A DNA stretch of 36,333 bases from a virus (lineage: Duplodnaviria > Caudoviricetes): IMG/VR virus record IMGVR_UViG_3300014168_000010, positions 1 through 36,333 of that record. The stretch is one strand, 5' to 3'. Both the position numbers and the translations under genes were made by a program. Below the pieces are notes generated by a model. The model was not told the DNA's origin, made no database searches, and saw only the letters and a program-made list of their open reading frames with translations. Within the stretch, counting starts at the first letter, position 1. Each line of letters opens with the position of its first letter. Below, piece by piece: positions 33,940-36,333 of the stretch.

Positions 33940-35006
33940 CACCAACCACCGTTCGCCGAGCCACCAGCAAACCCAGTGCCCCCATAAACAGGATCTTGGC
34001 GTGTCTCAGAAATAGTATCTGGGATACCAGCATCACGATTGCTTGCGGCTTGTTCAATCCTTGTTTTAAGAAACAAAAGCTCTTGATCCAGCTTGTCCGT
34101 GTTTGCGCCCTCTTGCTCTTTGTCGATCGCGTATTTGGCGGCTCTAACTATTGGATAGCGTAACCATCCAGAAGTACCGAGCGTGGTTAAATCCGTGTCT
34201 TTCAACAAGCCTGGAAGCTTAGGAGAGTACCAGAGAATGAGTGTCTGTGATCCGGCAGGAGTGGGAATGATATTGATATTATTCCCCATAAGACGATAAC
34301 GCATGTTGTACACACCATAAATTGTGCTGGTGCTGTTGGGATAAACATATTGATTCCTTTTAATGAAATCAAATCTAAGAAGACTTACCCGAGATGGAGT
34401 AACTGTACTTGTATTTACGTTAAGATCGACACCAGCTAACTTGTAAAATGCTTGTGCAGGAACGCCAGAAATACCACTATAGTTGCCGCCCAAATAATTT
34501 GTAACCCCATCAGGCAAAGGATAATTTGCCGTGGTTCCATTGGTTTGAATTGCGACATAATTCTGAGCAAAGTAATCTTCATACGTGGTCATGAGCAAAT
34601 CATAAAGCTCATACATTGCCAAACGAATGAACGCATTCCACTCACTGTTTGTAACGAAACCGGAATTCACACGGTCTGCAGTTTGTTGTGAACGAAGCCT
34701 TAATTCAAAAAGACTCATTTCACTGGGGGGAGCAGCGACCATCTGTGTGACTGAGCTGTAAGGCCCAGTTCCAGACAGATTAACGCCCGCCACCTGGTAG
34801 TAGTACATAATACCTACTCCAGGCAGCGAGTCGACAAACTGTGTAGTAACTCCAGTGGTTGCGTAGTCAACGAAATTAACTCCATCCGTGGATCGCTGAA
34901 TCTGATAAGACGTAGCGCCCAGGCTTCCTTGCCAGGTAAGCAAGATGTTTCCATCAGCTTGCTCAGCAACTAAATTCTGAGGCTGATAAGGAAGTACGGT
35001 AGGCAT
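33939..35006 (-). CDS. Head-tail adaptor / tubular protein A-like with an N-terminal fibronectin type III domain
   Basis: Residues ~8-92 fit Fn3 (PQNL..LTW..ATSYQIQRS..YYYQVAGVN..G.GPYS); the rest (LFELRLRSQQTAD..EWNAFI..ELYDLL..IIPTP) resembles podoviral adaptors. Confidence 0.75.
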   Translation of the reverse strand: MPTVLPYQPQNLVAEQADGNILLTWQGSLGATSYQIQRSTDGVNFVDYATTGVTTQFVDSLPGVGIMYYYQVAGVNLSGTGPYSSVTQMVAAPPSEMSLFELRLRSQQTADRVNSGFVTNSEWNAFIRLAMYELYDLLMTTYEDYFAQNYVAIQTNGTTANYPLPDGVTNYLGGNYSGISGVPAQAFYKLAGVDLNVNTSTVTPSRVSLLRFDFIKRNQYVYPNSTSTIYGVYNMRYRLMGNNINIIPTPAGSQTLILWYSPKLPGLLKDTDLTTLGTSGWLRYPIVRAAKYAIDKEQEGANTDKLDQELLFLKTRIEQAASNRDAGIPDTISETRQDPVYGGTGFAGGSANGGW

Positions 35007-35028
35007 AAAACCAACCCCTTATTTAAGA

Positions 35029-35763
35029 TCAGTTAACGCTGCTAGGGTCTCCAGCAACCATGATCGGATCAGCAGAGCTTTGATCAAAGTAGAAGGTCAT
35101 TCCGACTACCGAGTTGTTAGCAGGAGCCGTTGCAACAAGAGTAGTAACGCTCGAGCTGGTAGCAGCAAGGAATCGAACCAGAACATAAGCGCCACCATTA
35201 GCAGCAATACTGGCGTTATTGATTTCTTGGTTCGGATCGCCGATCACGTCAACAACTTGAATTCCAGATCCTGCAGCAGCAGGAGCCTGAACAACGCCAG
35301 TGCCAACCCCCGCAGCGGAACTAGTAGCGATAAAACTTTGTCCTACAGTCGGGACTAGACCCATCGGAAGGCCAACGGCTTGCCAGTTAGCAGCGCTCGA
35401 GGTTCCAACCGAAGTAATCACATAAGGATTGCCTACAGTAAGACCAGAGCTGATGTTGATGTTACTTCCAGAGAGTTGGCTAACAAAACCAGAGAAACCA
35501 CCAAGATAGATATTAAAATTTTGCTTGAATTGAATCAGGGCATAGCCAGCAGCAGGATTAGGATTCAATGCGCCGTTATTGCTTCCGGGTGTTGCAGAAG
35601 TGTGCATGAATACGTTGCGAATCCAACCATTGGACTTCAAAGATCGAATGCCAAGACCATTGCCATTAGAACTATCGACAACAAAGTTGCAGTTAATGAG
35701 GATTGGCTGAGTAAGGTTAGAATAGTGAAGACCTTTGTTCTTACCACCGCGAAAAACAGACAT
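35029..35763 (-). CDS. Putative capsid-associated (decoration) protein (244 aa)
   Basis: First gene after the capsid terminator; AAGGA RBS; G/S/A/V-rich. Confidence 0.6.
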   Translation of the reverse strand: MSVFRGGKNKGLHYSNLTQPILINCNFVVDSSNGNGLGIRSLKSNGWIRNVFMHTSATPGSNNGALNPNPAAGYALIQFKQNFNIYLGGFSGFVSQLSGSNINISSGLTVGNPYVITSVGTSSAANWQAVGLPMGLVPTVGQSFIATSSAAGVGTGVVQAPAAAGSGIQVVDVIGDPNQEINNASIAANGGAYVLVRFLAATSSSVTTLVATAPANNSVVGMTFYFDQSSADPIMVAGDPSSVN

Positions 35764-35852
35764 GAGTTATTCCTTTAGGCCCGGTAATTGCTCTCGATCC
35801 GGCACCGGGCACCTGGACCGCTAGTACGCAAGCTTGGGCTTGCCTCGTATGT

Positions 35853-35866
35853 GTCTGTTTTGGTGC
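35853..35866 (-). promoter_or_regulatory. Putative late promoter motif, copy 5 (GCACCAAAACAGAC)
   Basis: Same consensus and spacing; immediately after the capsid terminator. Confidence 0.6.
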
Positions 35867-35868
35867 TA

Positions 35869-35904
35869 ATAAAAAGGGGTGGGGCCGATCAGGAGCCCCA
35901 CCCC
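35869..35904 (-). terminator. Rho-independent terminator after the major capsid gene
   Basis: 10-bp stem GGGGTGGGGC/GCCCCACCCC, 9-nt loop, then TTTTTAT on the - strand. Confidence 0.88.
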
Positions 35905-35921
35905 CAACAATTCAGTACGTT

Positions 35922-36333
35922 TTAAGCACTGAGCTGAACATTCATGTTGTAACCAGGAGCCGAGCAAATCACATTGCCGTAATAAGCAATGCGGATTTCC
36001 AGGGCGTCAGCGTTACCAACACGCAGACCTTCAAGGCCTTCCATACCGTAAGTAAGGATATGGGGAGCCTTGCCAAGCGTGCGAAGCTTGAACGTATCAA
36101 CAGTCAATACGTTTGCAGATTGAGCCGGTTGCGAGCGATCAGCCAGCACCGGAATCTTGCCATAAGCGCTGTGGAAATGAATTGCTTCAAATGCCACCGG
36201 CACTTCGTCATGCTCAAGTTGAACGTATTGGACTTTAGCGCCCAATTCATTGATCAGCGTAGCGTAGCTAACAAAGTCAATGATGATCAAGTCAGGAGCA
36301 GCACCTTCTCGGTTTGCCAATGCAAGAGCAGAA
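35922..36333 (-). CDS. Major capsid protein, C-terminal part (runs off the right edge)
   Basis: PDLIII..YATLINEL..GKIPVLAD..DALEIRIAYYGNVICSAPGYN is consistent with an HK97-fold C-terminus; followed by a strong terminator; highly-expressed-type codon usage. Confidence 0.8.
   Translation of the reverse strand, partial: SALALANREGAAPDLIIIDFVSYATLINELGAKVQYVQLEHDEVPVAFEAIHFHSAYGKIPVLADRSQPAQSANVLTVDTFKLRTLGKAPHILTYGMEGLEGLRVGNADALEIRIAYYGNVICSAPGYNMNVQLSA

Overview
The whole window is tailed-phage DNA with a podovirus-like gene set. It starts inside a portal gene and ends inside a major capsid gene, both on the - strand, so it is probably a nearly complete, circularly permuted genome missing only a few kb (inference). 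It contains a leftward packaging block (terS, terL, a tRNA-Asn, six small accessory genes, portal) and a leftward middle block (GNAT, HTH regulator candidate). A rightward lysis cassette follows (holin-like, spanin-like pair, DUF5675-type endolysin candidate), then exported Cys-rich proteins. Next are a lambda-O-like replication gene with an internal origin, a divergent early control region and a rightward early operon (SSAP, Zn-fingers, HNH, Gly-Tyr/Asp repeat module). A ~330-nt structured non-coding region precedes the long leftward virion block (adaptor, nozzle, GNAT, three ejection proteins, two fibres). No integrase, repressor, DNA polymerase or RNA polymerase is recognisable. The most notable signals are: (1) both large fibre-like proteins start with Sec-type signal peptides; (2) a GCMCCR-N5-GACR motif with fixed spacing in five late-strand intergenic gaps; (3) a shared [FMY]-A-x-G-G-x-V peptide motif in all three ejection proteins and repeated in a pre-portal protein; (4) the structured RNA block with tRNA-like features. 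All family names come from motif recall, not from database searches.
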